DNA of 64,000 nt from Candidatus Omnitrophota bacterium (GTDB lineage: Bacteria; Omnitrophota; Gorgyraeia; B26-G9): positions 7,790 through 71,789 of the forward strand of contig JBDRJV010000028.1 of NCBI GenBank assembly GCA_043814605.1, given 5' to 3'. This document shows, one piece after another, positions 9,972 through 20,600 of the stretch. The translations under genes and the position numbers were made by a program. The notes beneath the pieces were generated by a model. That model searched no databases and was not told the DNA's origin. It saw only the letters and a program-made list of their open reading frames with translations. The first letter of the stretch is position 1, and each line of letters opens with the position of its first letter.

Positions 9972-10943
9972 TTATCCCTTTTTGTGAACTTGCCCGTCAT
10001 TACCTGTATCCGCTTCTTTTGTTTGTTCGATAAACTCACGTGTTGTCTGCATTAATTTTTCCGGGTCATTATCTCCCGGAATAAGTTTTGCATATTTTAC
10101 TAAATCGCAATGCATTAAATATTCTTTTAAAATTCCTATTTGTGTTGTATTTAAAATATTGGTTGTGGCCACAAATGCTAAAAATTCTTCTGTTGTCTGT
10201 TCCGGAGCTTTTAAAGCAAACCGGTTTTCCAAATAACTGCGCAAACAATTATTAACCTTGTAATAATATTCTTTGATTTTTCCTGCGGTAATTAAATGCA
10301 TTGCTTGGATCGCGGCTAATTGTTTTAAAGCCGTTACATGCGCCGGGTCAGGAGCAGTGATCTGGGGAGAGAGAAATTTATTTTTGTATTTGGCCCAAGC
10401 CAGGCCTGCCCCTATCGCAATTAAAATAATTAATATCAAAACCCCAATCCCGGCAAGCTGAGATTTAATGACCAGCGGAGATTTAATATCGCGCAATCCT
10501 TGATCGTCGCCTTCAGTAAGTACGCTCTTGACTTCCACAAAAATTTTTGCTGTTTTTAATATTTTTACTGTCCCGTCTGCAAATTTAACCCTGACCTCCT
10601 GCTCTGGGATTACATAAGCCCCTGTAGTATAAGTATCTAAAAGATACCATTGCTGGCGGCGTAATTTCTGGTCTCCAATTTTTTTGGGTTCATCCCGGCC
10701 AAAATCTTTTACCACAAAACCACCTAAATTATTACCCGCGTATGGGAATTCGACAACCAAAGACTCATCCGTATCTATTTCTATGGTAAACCTTATGGGT
10801 TCAGCTATTGTAACCGTTGCTTTATTTACAAAAGCCCGCAAATCGGCAAAAACTTTTTCCTCTGCTGTTTTTGCCAATATTATTTTAGCTGAGCAATAAA
10901 AAAAACAACTCACCACTAAAAAAATAATGATTTTTTTCTTCAT
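9972..10943 (-). CDS. Bat-operon membrane protein (BatD-like Ig domain, DUF4381-like C-terminus)
   Basis: Signal peptide, LRDIKSP before a TM, LRSYLENRF...APEQTTEEFL...DLVKYAK; usual position between DUF58 and batA. Confidence 0.75.
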   Translation of the reverse strand: MKKKIIIFLVVSCFFYCSAKIILAKTAEEKVFADLRAFVNKATVTIAEPIRFTIEIDTDESLVVEFPYAGNNLGGFVVKDFGRDEPKKIGDQKLRRQQWYLLDTYTTGAYVIPEQEVRVKFADGTVKILKTAKIFVEVKSVLTEGDDQGLRDIKSPLVIKSQLAGIGVLILIILIAIGAGLAWAKYKNKFLSPQITAPDPAHVTALKQLAAIQAMHLITAGKIKEYYYKVNNCLRSYLENRFALKAPEQTTEEFLAFVATTNILNTTQIGILKEYLMHCDLVKYAKLIPGDNDPEKLMQTTREFIEQTKEADTGNDGQVHKKG

Positions 10944-12274
10944 TGTTTTTGATTGTTTCCCTTATCTTCATCCGGATCAGGAGTAACCGTATTAACAGAA
11001 TTATCTGCTTGAAATTTTTCCTCAAAAATTACTACTTTTTCTGCATTGAGAAGATTAGTTAATAAATCTTGCGTAATCTGTTCCGTTTTTTGCTGTGAAT
11101 ATTCTTGGATAACCTGGTTTTTAATTTCTTCTAATGGTTTGACTCTGGCTGCTTTTTTATCGGTTATTTGCACAATATGAAAACCTTTTTCGGATTGAAT
11201 AATATAAAATTTATTAGTTTCTTTTTTGGTAAATAAATCTTCTACAAATTCTGCTCCATATTCTGCACTTAACCCAAATTCTTGTTCGGATACCCAGCTG
11301 TTAATTTCTCCGCCATTTCCCCGGGTTGTTTCATCTAGGGATTGCTCTTTGGCTATTTTCGCAAAATCTTCTCCCTGGCTCAACTTTTTTTCAATATCCT
11401 GCGCTTGTTCTTGGGAATCAACCAGGATATGTTTTATTTTTAATTGCGCTGTTTCTGTATATCGGGCCTGATGCGCTTTATAATAATTTTCAATATCTGT
11501 ACTGTCCTGAGTGAGTTTATCTTGTACTTCTTTTTCCAGAACTTTTTGCACAATTAACTGTTTGGTCATCAGCTCTGCTGTTTCCCGGATTTGGGGATCA
11601 GTTCTTAAGCCTAATCTGACCCCTTTATCATAGAGTAATTCATTACAAACATATTGCTTAATAAATTCCAGTTTCGCTGCTTTATCCTTAGCGTATATAT
11701 TTTGCAAAGAAGCGGGAAGTTGTGCTAATTCTTTATTTATCTGCCCTAGGGTTATTTGTTTTTCTCCGATACGCGCAACTACTTCCTGTGCAGGTTTTTC
11801 TTCTTTTTGTTCGCCGGAAAGTAACGTTCTGGATTCAAGCTGATATTTTGCATCAAGGGTACGGTTTAAATGTTCCAAACATTGGACAATATAATTTCCC
11901 AGTTCTTTTTGTAATTCTGTTTGCGAATTTGCAATTTCTGACTTATAAAAATAAGCTAACGCCTGTGCATACGCTTTTTCCTGGTAAAGCATCTCTCCCA
12001 GAGAATAATAAATATTTGAGCGTATGGAAGCAGAAATTTTTCCCGAGTTTAAATATTCTTCAAAAGCGGTTATGGCTTGCTGAGTTAGGCCTTCGGCTTT
12101 AAGTTTGTTTGCATATTGGCGTTGCTTTTCTGAGTCCCAAGATAAATTTTTTGTTTTTTGCCCAAGCAGCTGTTGGTTTTGCCAAAGCATCGTAATAATT
12201 ATAATTAATAAAATAACCAGTAAATAAAAAAACCCTTCCTGCCGCGGTTTTGTTTTATTTATATTGTTAAGCAT
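10940..12274 (-). CDS. TPR-containing parvulin-type peptidyl-prolyl isomerase (PrsA/SurA-like)
   Basis: N-terminal TM, TPR-like helices, VVARIGEKQIT, HILVDS...FAKIAKEQSLDE...GGEI...GFHIV rotamase motif. Confidence 0.85.
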   Translation of the reverse strand: MLNNINKTKPRQEGFFYLLVILLIIIITMLWQNQQLLGQKTKNLSWDSEKQRQYANKLKAEGLTQQAITAFEEYLNSGKISASIRSNIYYSLGEMLYQEKAYAQALAYFYKSEIANSQTELQKELGNYIVQCLEHLNRTLDAKYQLESRTLLSGEQKEEKPAQEVVARIGEKQITLGQINKELAQLPASLQNIYAKDKAAKLEFIKQYVCNELLYDKGVRLGLRTDPQIRETAELMTKQLIVQKVLEKEVQDKLTQDSTDIENYYKAHQARYTETAQLKIKHILVDSQEQAQDIEKKLSQGEDFAKIAKEQSLDETTRGNGGEINSWVSEQEFGLSAEYGAEFVEDLFTKKETNKFYIIQSEKGFHIVQITDKKAARVKPLEEIKNQVIQEYSQQKTEQITQDLLTNLLNAEKVVIFEEKFQADNSVNTVTPDPDEDKGNNQKQ

Positions 12275-12310
12275 TGTTCCCTCCGATTATATTCGATTAT
12301 ATTGTTCTCA

Positions 12311-13186
12311 TTATCTTCTTTTTTCGCGGGTTCTAAAAAACCGCATCAATGGATCTAAATACGGCCGGCCGTTTTCAACGTTAATAACATCAACATCTAT
12401 CTGCCGGAAAAATTTATCTCTTTGCGCTGTATCCTGGGCAGAAAGAACAGAAAATCCTTTGCGCAGATTTGTGTCTGCAGTATCTACCAGGATTCTTTCC
12501 TCTGTTTCCGGGTCTTCCAATTCTATGATGCCGACATCGGGTAAAACTTTTTCCCGGGGGTCAGAAACCGCAATGGTAATAATATCGTGTCTTTTATTGG
12601 CAATTTGTAACGCTCTTTGGTAATCCGAAGCAATAAAATCCGAAACTAAAAACGCAACCGAGCGTCTTTTATTAATCTGGCTTAAAAATTCTAATGCTTT
12701 ATTAATATCTGTTTTTTTCTGCTGTGGCCTAAACGATAAAACTTCACTGATTACATGCAATACATGGCGTTTGCCTTTTTTCGGCGGGATATATTTTTCT
12801 ACCTGATCTGTAAACATAACTAACCCTACTTTATCATTATTTTTAATTGCGGAAAAAGCTAAAACCGCGCATAATTCTGCGGAAAATTCATTCTTTAATT
12901 GATTTTTTGAACCAAACTTGCCGGATGCACTCACATCTACCATAAGCATCACAGTCAGCTCGCGTTCTTCGACAAATTTTTTAATAAAGGGGTGCCCCAT
13001 ACGGGCAGTAACATTCCAGTCAATAGAGCGGATCTCGTCTCCGGGCTGGTATTCCCGAACGCTCTCAAACTCAATGCCCTGGCCTTTAAAAGTGCTGTGG
13101 TAAGCGCCGGCAAGAATATCATTGACCAAGCGTGATGAATAAATCTGGATATGCCGGATTTTTTTTAACAATTCCTTAGGAATCAC
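12311..13186 (-). CDS. DUF58 domain protein
   Basis: GAYHSTFKGQGIEFESVREYQPGDEIRSIDWNVTAR, EERELT, DVSAS; GTG start. Confidence 0.93.
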   Translation of the reverse strand: MIPKELLKKIRHIQIYSSRLVNDILAGAYHSTFKGQGIEFESVREYQPGDEIRSIDWNVTARMGHPFIKKFVEERELTVMLMVDVSASGKFGSKNQLKNEFSAELCAVLAFSAIKNNDKVGLVMFTDQVEKYIPPKKGKRHVLHVISEVLSFRPQQKKTDINKALEFLSQINKRRSVAFLVSDFIASDYQRALQIANKRHDIITIAVSDPREKVLPDVGIIELEDPETEERILVDTADTNLRKGFSVLSAQDTAQRDKFFRQIDVDVINVENGRPYLDPLMRFFRTREKRR

Positions 13187-13205
13187 TTTCTTTATCCTTT
13201 AAAAT

Positions 13206-13240
13206 GCTGCAAGCTACAAGCCACAGGCTTCAGGGTAAAA
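13206..13240. repeat. Short heptamer array, inverted relative to 13281-13385
   Basis: GCTGCAA GCTACAA GCCACAG GCTTCAG GGTAAAA. Confidence 0.6.
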
Positions 13241-13280
13241 GCCAAAACAAGTATTAAATTTTGCTTTTTTCTTTTAGTAC

Positions 13281-13385
13281 TACTTATCACTTGTTACTTG
13301 TCACTTGTTACTTGTCACTTGTTGCTTGTTACCTGTTACTTGTCACTTGTTGCTTGTTACCTGCTCCCTGCTACCTGTAACCTGT
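13281..13385. repeat. Tandem array of 15 degenerate heptamers (consensus YACYTGT)
   Basis: TACTTAT CACTTGT TACTTGT CACTTGT TACTTGT CACTTGT TGCTTGT TACCTGT TACTTGT CACTTGT TGCTTGT TACCTGC TCCCTGC TACCTGT AACCTGT; begins at the moxR stop codon. Confidence 0.95.
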
Positions 13386-14377
13386 TAAGGTACAATCACT
13401 GTATCAAAAATTTTGTTAATAATATCTTCTGAGCTAACTTCGTCAGCCTCTGCTTCATAAGTAACAATAATCCGGTGCCGCAATACATCCTGGCCAATGC
13501 TTTTGATATCCTGCGGGGTAACATAACCGCGGCCCTGTAAAAAAGCATAGGCACGGGCCGCAAGCGTTAAATTAATTGTGGCCCGAGGAGACGCTCCGTA
13601 TTCGATATAGTTTTTAATATCCAGCTTATACACCTTAGGCTCGCGTGTCGCCATAACTAAATCCACAATGTAAGCTTGTAATTTTTCATCTACATAAATT
13701 TTATCCACAAGCTCTCTGGCTTTAGTGATTTGTTCCGGCTGAACAATAGCTTCAATTTTTATAAATTTATTGACTTTAGCCATGCGTTTTAAAATTTCCT
13801 GTTCCTCTTTTTTGTTCGGATAGTCAATTTTTAATTTAAGCATAAATCTATCCACCTGTGCCTCGGGCAATGGATAAGTACCCTCTTGTTCAATCGGGTT
13901 TTGCGTAGCTAAAACCAGAAAAGGGGTAGGAAGAGGAAAAGTTTCATCGGCAATGGTAACTTGTCTTTCCTGCATAGCTTCCAGCAAAGCACTTTGCACT
14001 TTAGCCGGCGCGCGGTTAATTTCATCCGCTAAAATAATATTGGCAAAAATCGGGCCTTTTTTTGTAGAAAATTTTAAATCCTTAGGGTTATATATTTGCG
14101 TCCCGATGAGATCCGCAGGCAAAAGATCCGGAGTAAACTGTACACGCTTAAACGAAGCTTTAATTGCCTGGGCCAAAGTTGATACGCTTAAAGTTTTTGC
14201 CAGCCCCGGGACTCCCTCCAGTAAAACATGCCCGTCCGCTAAGAGCCCGACCAGAAGCCTTTCTACTAAATATTCCTGGCCGACAATTTGCCGGTGAATT
14301 TGTTCTCTTAAATCTTTAACAAAAGCAGATTCTGTTTTTACCTGTTCGTTTAATTGCTGGATATCTTCATGCCTCAT
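13385..14377 (-). CDS. moxR: MoxR family AAA+ ATPase
   Basis: HVLLEGVPGLAKT, RVQFTPDLLPAD, DEINRAPAKVQSALLEAM, ATQNPIEQEGTYPLPEAQVDRF; start ATG 14377 behind GGAGG. Confidence 0.95.
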   Translation of the reverse strand: MRHEDIQQLNEQVKTESAFVKDLREQIHRQIVGQEYLVERLLVGLLADGHVLLEGVPGLAKTLSVSTLAQAIKASFKRVQFTPDLLPADLIGTQIYNPKDLKFSTKKGPIFANIILADEINRAPAKVQSALLEAMQERQVTIADETFPLPTPFLVLATQNPIEQEGTYPLPEAQVDRFMLKLKIDYPNKKEEQEILKRMAKVNKFIKIEAIVQPEQITKARELVDKIYVDEKLQAYIVDLVMATREPKVYKLDIKNYIEYGASPRATINLTLAARAYAFLQGRGYVTPQDIKSIGQDVLRHRIIVTYEAEADEVSSEDIINKIFDTVIVP

Positions 14378-14396
14378 GGCTACGCCTCCTTTTTTA

Positions 14397-15320
14397 TTAT
14401 TCTTTAGGTTCAATTGTATCAATTTTTTCAATACTTGCGGATTTAATCAGATTTTGAAAATATAATTTTAAATTTCTAAAAACTTTTTCCTGTTCACTTT
14501 TTAGCGGAGCATATCCGGAAAACTTTACTTTTTCTGTTGTTTGGTTTAAATCACTAAAAATATCTATTACTTCCTGCGGTGCTTTTGCTTTAGATAAAGA
14601 CTGTATATTTAAAGAAAAACATTGATATTTTTTCTGTAAATATTCTGCTAAGGCCTGTTTAAGCACCTCATAATACTCCCCCATTTGAGCTTCAAGAATA
14701 TGTTTTTGCGCTGCCTCTAGTTTTTCAAGAAAAATTTTTTCTAGCTCTATCTCCAAAGCCGGGGTGCTGTATACTTGTTTTTGTTTAAAAATTGCTTTCC
14801 TAAACTTAATCAAAATTATTCCCGCGGCAATGATTAGTCCCCAAAAAATATTTTTTAATATTCTTGGCCCCCACCGCTGCCAGAAAGGCAGAACTTTAAT
14901 ATTTATTGTTTTTGATTTGATTATCTCTATATCTTCGGGGTTATTTTTGTTTGCATATTCTATGATTAAGGCGGAAATTTCTCCTGCCCCTGTTTCTTTT
15001 GCGCTAAAATCATAGGCAAAAGTTCTCTGCGTAATAATTTTATCCTTTTTTAGCTGAGTGGATGTTGATTGCCGGCAATCAATCATTTGCAACAAACTAC
15101 AGGCAGGAGGTGTAATTTGCCTGATTTCCCGTTCGGCGATTTCATTTGTTTCTGTTTGCGTTTGCTCGACAATAGCAATAACTTTAATTTTTTCTCCTGG
15201 CCCTATTGCTGTTTTATTACATTGGATGCCGATTGTTGCCGCAGCAAAAACTGCACTGGCTAAACTTAAATAAAGGATCCCGCTTAAAAATATTTTTATG
15301 CATACGCTTTTTACATGCAT
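14397..15320 (-). CDS. BatD-like exported/membrane protein
   Basis: Signal peptide, one Ig-like unit, TM, C-terminal helical region ending in EKVKFSGY; ATG 15320 behind GAGGAG. Confidence 0.65.
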   Translation of the reverse strand: MHVKSVCIKIFLSGILYLSLASAVFAAATIGIQCNKTAIGPGEKIKVIAIVEQTQTETNEIAEREIRQITPPACSLLQMIDCRQSTSTQLKKDKIITQRTFAYDFSAKETGAGEISALIIEYANKNNPEDIEIIKSKTINIKVLPFWQRWGPRILKNIFWGLIIAAGIILIKFRKAIFKQKQVYSTPALEIELEKIFLEKLEAAQKHILEAQMGEYYEVLKQALAEYLQKKYQCFSLNIQSLSKAKAPQEVIDIFSDLNQTTEKVKFSGYAPLKSEQEKVFRNLKLYFQNLIKSASIEKIDTIEPKE

Positions 15321-15343
15321 AATTTTCTCCTCTTTCAAACATT

Positions 15344-15400
15344 ACTATATCATATGGGACATTAAGCGAAGATTAAAATTACATTAAGATTTCTTAATGT
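15344..15400 (-). promoter_or_regulatory. Bat-operon promoter with OmpR/PhoB-type direct repeats
   Basis: Minus strand CTTAAT-N5-TTTAAT-N5-CTTAAT (11-bp period, 15361-15388), then an extended -10 TG-A-TATAGT; also palindrome ACATTAAG-ATTT-CTTAATGT at 15381-15400. Confidence 0.55.
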
Positions 15401-15482
15401 TTAATAGCATATAGCGACTAGCGCCCTTGCGGGCACAGGCGTTTAGCGGAAAGTGAATACAGAAAAAAACAATTGGATTTTT

Positions 15483-16931
15483 TTAAGATTCTGCTTTAGG
15501 TAAGATTATTTTAAAATTACTGCCTGCATTGGGCTGGCTGCTTAAACTGATTTGCCCTTTGTGCGCCTGGACAATCATTTGGGCAATGCTTAACCCTAAC
15601 CCCACGCCGCCTTCATCGCGGGAACGGGATTTATCAACCCGGTAAAAACGTTCAAATATTTTATTTTGTTCCGCGGGAGCAATCCCGATGCCAGTATCAA
15701 TAATCTCTACTGTGATTGCCCCCGGGGCTGGCTGGAGTTTAATGGTGATATTCCCTTGTGCCGGAGTATATTTTACAGCGTTCTCAATCAAATTAGAAAA
15801 AAGCTCCTCTATTTTTAATTTATCCGCATTTAAATAAAAATCATTACCCGCAGTTTGTAAGTTTAATCCAATATTCTTATGCTCGGCTAAAGCGCGATAA
15901 AAATCAGTTAACTGTTCCAGTAATTCTTGTAAATCAATTTTTTCATATTTTAATTTATCCTCTCCGCTATCCGCCCGGGTGAGAATAAGCAAGCGGTTAA
16001 TCATACGCATTAAGCGATCCATATCTTCAATAATACTTTCTAAAACCTTCCGGTATTCGGCAACATCTCTTTCTCTTTCTAAAACAATTTCTGCCTGCCC
16101 CTTAATTGCGGTAATCGGCAACCGTAATTCATGTGAGGCATCAGCCGTAAACGCGACAATTCTTTGATACGATTGCTGCAGCTTGGTAAAAACAAAATTA
16201 AACGTGCCCGCCAAGCGGTCCAATTCATCGCCTGAACCTCTCAGCGGTAATTTTTTAGAATTATCCTGTACGGATAATTCCTGTGCAGATTTAGTCAGCA
16301 AATTTATCGGCGCAAGCACCCGGGAAGTTAAAATAAAACCGCCGGTTAACACAACCGCTAAGACAACCGGCAGGGCAAAAAATATTGTTTTGCGGAAAAT
16401 TTTTGCAATACGTTCTTGGCCTAAATCATCTAAAGCAAATTGCAGATAATAAATCTCTTCGCTGACTTTTATTTTTTTGGTCAGAATAAAGATTTTTTTC
16501 CCTTGTTCTGTTATAAAAATTTTCTCCTGCGTTTTGGTAAACAAAATTTCTTTTAAATTTTTAAAAAAACTTAAATCTTCTAAAAACCCCTCTGAGCGTG
16601 CCAGCAATAACCCTTGTGCATCAAAAAGCGCATATTTGATATCCAGAACCCCTTTTTGCGCGGATAGTTGTTGTGAGATAAACTTTGCCAATAATTCCTG
16701 GGTGTAATTAGACTGGTTGATAATATGCGCCAGCTCTTCTATTTCTAAATATAGATTCTGTTTAGCCGCATCGCTTAAAACACGCTGTGTTTGCAGATAC
16801 AAAAACCCAGTAACAAGTAAAATACTGCATAATAAAACTCCGGCATAGCCTAAAACCAACCGGGTTTTAATGCTTCGAAAAATATTTTGTTTTATTTTAT
16901 TTTTTAAATTATTGTCTTTGCCCGAGAACAT
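15483..16931 (-). CDS. Sensor histidine kinase (CusS/BaeS-like, HAMP-HisKA-HATPase)
   Basis: Two TMs, GDELDRLA HAMP, FTADASHELRLP H-box, NLIENAVKYT, DTGIGI, GGVGLGLSI. Confidence 0.93.
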   Translation of the reverse strand: MFSGKDNNLKNKIKQNIFRSIKTRLVLGYAGVLLCSILLVTGFLYLQTQRVLSDAAKQNLYLEIEELAHIINQSNYTQELLAKFISQQLSAQKGVLDIKYALFDAQGLLLARSEGFLEDLSFFKNLKEILFTKTQEKIFITEQGKKIFILTKKIKVSEEIYYLQFALDDLGQERIAKIFRKTIFFALPVVLAVVLTGGFILTSRVLAPINLLTKSAQELSVQDNSKKLPLRGSGDELDRLAGTFNFVFTKLQQSYQRIVAFTADASHELRLPITAIKGQAEIVLERERDVAEYRKVLESIIEDMDRLMRMINRLLILTRADSGEDKLKYEKIDLQELLEQLTDFYRALAEHKNIGLNLQTAGNDFYLNADKLKIEELFSNLIENAVKYTPAQGNITIKLQPAPGAITVEIIDTGIGIAPAEQNKIFERFYRVDKSRSRDEGGVGLGLSIAQMIVQAHKGQISLSSQPNAGSNFKIILPKAES

Positions 16932-17583
16932 AGCCTACGCCTCGCAAGGTATGAATTAAGCGGTTTTGATTTTTCTGATCAATTTTTTTCCGCAAATTTG
17001 TGATGTGTACATCAATAACATTAGTCATGGAATCAAAATGATACCCCCAGACATTTTCCGAAAGCATGGTTCGGGTGATGACTTCACCTTTATGTTCCAG
17101 CAAATATTGCAGCAATATAAATTCTTTGGGGGTTAAATCGATATTTTCACCGGCACGTTTAACAATACGCCGCGCAACATCTAAGGTCAAATCTTCATAT
17201 TGTAATACTGTGCCTGTTTGTTCTTTGCCGCGACGCAGGAGGGCTCGGACGCGTGCTAAAAGCTCAGAAAAAGCAAACGGCTTGACCAGATAATCATCCG
17301 CACCCAGCTCTAAACCTTGTACTTTATCTTCCACGGTGTCTTTGGCTGTAAGAAAAATAACCGGGGTCAGAATGTTTTTTGCTTTTAACTGTTTAATGAT
17401 TTCATAACCGTCTAAGGCCGGGAGCATAACATCTAAAATAATACAATCATACTTTTCTCCGGCAGCTAAAAAAAACCCTTCCCGGCCATCTCGGGCAATA
17501 TCCACGCAGAACCCGTGCTCTTTAAATCCCTTTTGGATAAAACTCAAAACTTTTTCTTCGTCTTCAACAACTAAAACCTTCAT
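16909..17583 (-). CDS. OmpR-family response regulator (CusR/CopR-like)
   Basis: VVEDE, ILDVMLP, FLTAKD, GADDYLVKPFAFSEL, LTPKEF, NVIDVHI, TLRGVGY. Confidence 0.95.
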   Translation of the reverse strand: MKVLVVEDEEKVLSFIQKGFKEHGFCVDIARDGREGFFLAAGEKYDCIILDVMLPALDGYEIIKQLKAKNILTPVIFLTAKDTVEDKVQGLELGADDYLVKPFAFSELLARVRALLRRGKEQTGTVLQYEDLTLDVARRIVKRAGENIDLTPKEFILLQYLLEHKGEVITRTMLSENVWGYHFDSMTNVIDVHITNLRKKIDQKNQNRLIHTLRGVGYVLGQRQ

Positions 17584-17603
17584 TTGATTTCTATATAATT
17601 ATT

Positions 17604-20600
17604 TTATTGTTTTTCGTAAAGATTAATATTCCCATCACATGATAACTTACACACTGTAGGATGCGACGTAATCTTTGTTGCGATATCATCAATTATTGCA
17701 TAAAAACAAGGCATAACAATTAAAGTCAACCCTGTAGCAAAAGCCAGTCCCCAGGCAATGGATAAAGCCATGGGTTGTAAAAACGGGTCAAAACCGCCAA
17801 TCCCATATGCTACTGTGCTTAACCCGGCTACTGTCGTAAGTGTCGTCAACATAACCGGGCGAAAACGTATCACGCCTGCCTGTATTATGGAATCCCGTCG
17901 CGATAGGCCTTCTTGCCGCAGTTTATTTATAAAATCAACCAGCACAATAGAATCATTTACAACAACGCCTGCGAGCCCGACAATACCGATAAATGCAAGC
18001 AAACTTAGCGAAAGGCCATGAAGCAGTAAAGCAATGCTTACCCCGATAAGTGCAAACGGGATGGTCATCATTACAATAAAAGGCTGTACCAAAGAATTGA
18101 ACAATGTCGCCAAAATCATAAAAATACACAGTACTGCTATAACAAAAGCGATCATCAAACTTCGAAAAGCCTCCTGGTTTTCCTTTTCCTCTCCTCCAAT
18201 ACGGATAGTATATCCAGGATATTGTGCTGCAATCTCTTTAAAATATTTCAGTACTTTGGGAATAAGATCTTTGGTCTTGATTTTTTTCTGATCAACAGTT
18301 GCCCCCAGCTGCAGATACCGCTTTCCATCAAGATGGGTAATAGAGCGCAGTCCTTGGTTGATTTCTATGCGCGCAATAACACTTAAGGGGATAAGATTCC
18401 CTTTGTCATTAGGGATAAGCAGTTTGTCAAATATTTTTTTGCTTGTACGTGCATCATCCGGTATGCGTACCCGTACATTTATCTCTTCTTCAGCTTTTGT
18501 CTTCTTTATAGATGTGGCGATCCCGCCTTCAAAAGCATTCCGTACAGACAAAGCAATTTGCTCTATCCCCAGATCGGCTTTAGCAGCTTTTTCCTTATCA
18601 ATTACAACTCGAAATTCACGATTGCCGATGTCGTAGGAATCGGATACATCCGCAACCCCTTCAAATCCAAGCATATAATCTTTAAGCTCATTAGATAGTT
18701 GTTTCAGCACGTTAAAATCATCTCCTCTAATATTAAATTCAATGTCGCGTCCCACTGGAGGGCCTTGTTTAAATTCATAAAAATAAATCTTATCAAAGCC
18801 TTTTATCTTTTGCAGCTTTGGCCGTAAATCAGCGATAATCTGTTTAGGCCCTTTATCCCGCTCTTGCATTGGGGTCAAAAACACATGTATCTGAGCGACA
18901 TTAGAGCCAGATTTTGCCGTAGGATCGCCCATCCCTCTGCCAGCTTCAATTGAGCCAATTGTCGTAACAAATGTATTCAGATATTCTTTAGGCATAGACT
19001 TGATCAACTCTTCAACTGGTACCATTAATTCATTAGTTTTTTCCAAAGGAGTTCCTGCTGCTGCTTCTGCCCTAACCGCAAATTCTTCTATGCCTTGTGA
19101 GCTGAACATGGTCTGCGGCAAGACTTTTATCATAATAAAAAGACAAACAGCTAAAACAATAGTTATAACCACAGTTATGCGATAGCGGTATGTTAATGCT
19201 TTTTCAAGCATTATCTTATATTTGTTTATCGCGTATTGAAGTATGGGGTATTTTTTTAATAGTGTTGACCCTGTCCCGACCAAGGCAATAAGCAACATTG
19301 CTCCCAGAGGATTATTCTTTGTCATCAATGATACAATGCCGCCAATTATAGAAAATATGCCGGTCATAACAATAAGTGCTTTAGCATCCTGTTCATCCTG
19401 TTTTTTGTCCAAGCCATTGTTTTTTTTCGACTTTAAAAAATCCGCAAGGTGTGAAGGCAGGATGATAAACGCTTCGATCATGGAAGCTGACAAAGCCACA
19501 ATAACCATAAGAGGAATATATCTTAAAAATTTTCCAACCATACCTGCCATATACATAAGCGGGAAAAAAGCCGCAATCGTAGTAATAATTGTTGCTGCCA
19601 CAGGAGCAATTACTTCTTCTGTCCCTTTTATAGCCGCCTCACGCGGGTTTAACCCTTTCTCTATATAGCGGTACACGTTTTCTGAGATAATAATCCCATC
19701 ATCAACAATCATTCCTAAAACAATAATAAGCCCGAACATGGTCAAAAGATTAATGGTAATACCCATGACATGCATCAAGCCTAATGTTGCGGCCATAGCA
19801 ATGGGAATGCCTAGTGCTGTAAACAATGCCGGACGAGCATGTAAAAATGCGAAGAGAATAAGCACAACAAAAATAAATCCGATTACGCCGTTTGAACGCA
19901 GCACATTAAGACGTCTTTTAACATAATATGATAAATCATCGTAGGGTTTTACATAAAGATCTTTGGGCGCGCTGCGTTTGAATTCATCAATCACCTTATA
20001 CGCTGCATCTGCCACATCAATCGCATCTCCTTTTTCTTTTTTGGAAACCTGTAGCGTTATTGCCCTTTCGCCATAACTTTTATTAATTACAGTTTCTTCT
20101 TCAAATGTATGACGTACTAGAGCCAAATCCTTGATTTTAAGCCAATTGCCTATATCATTCGCGCGGATAATAACATCCTCTATTTCTTCTTTTGTTGCAA
20201 ATTCTCCGGTTGTTTTAATATTAAATTCTTCTTGGTCGGTTTTTAGTTTCCCCCCCGGAACAGTGATATTACGTTTATTTAAAGCAGATATGATTTCCTC
20301 TAAAGAAACATGCATCAGATGCATTTTTTCAAGATCCGGCTCTACCCAGAATTCCTGGTCGCGGTAGCCAGTGCGTGTAACTTTGGCTACTCCTTTTATC
20401 TCTTCAAGCTGTTCTTTTAAAATATCTACCTGTTCCTGTAATATAAATTCGTCCACTTTACCGCCAACAGCGATATTAATTACCGGGAAGATTTTGCTGT
20501 TTATCTCAAGCACAACAGGACGGTCTTCAACCCCGCGGGGCAGATCAATCACACGATCTACTGCTTTCTGTACATCATTTATAATTTTGCGTCTTTCTGT

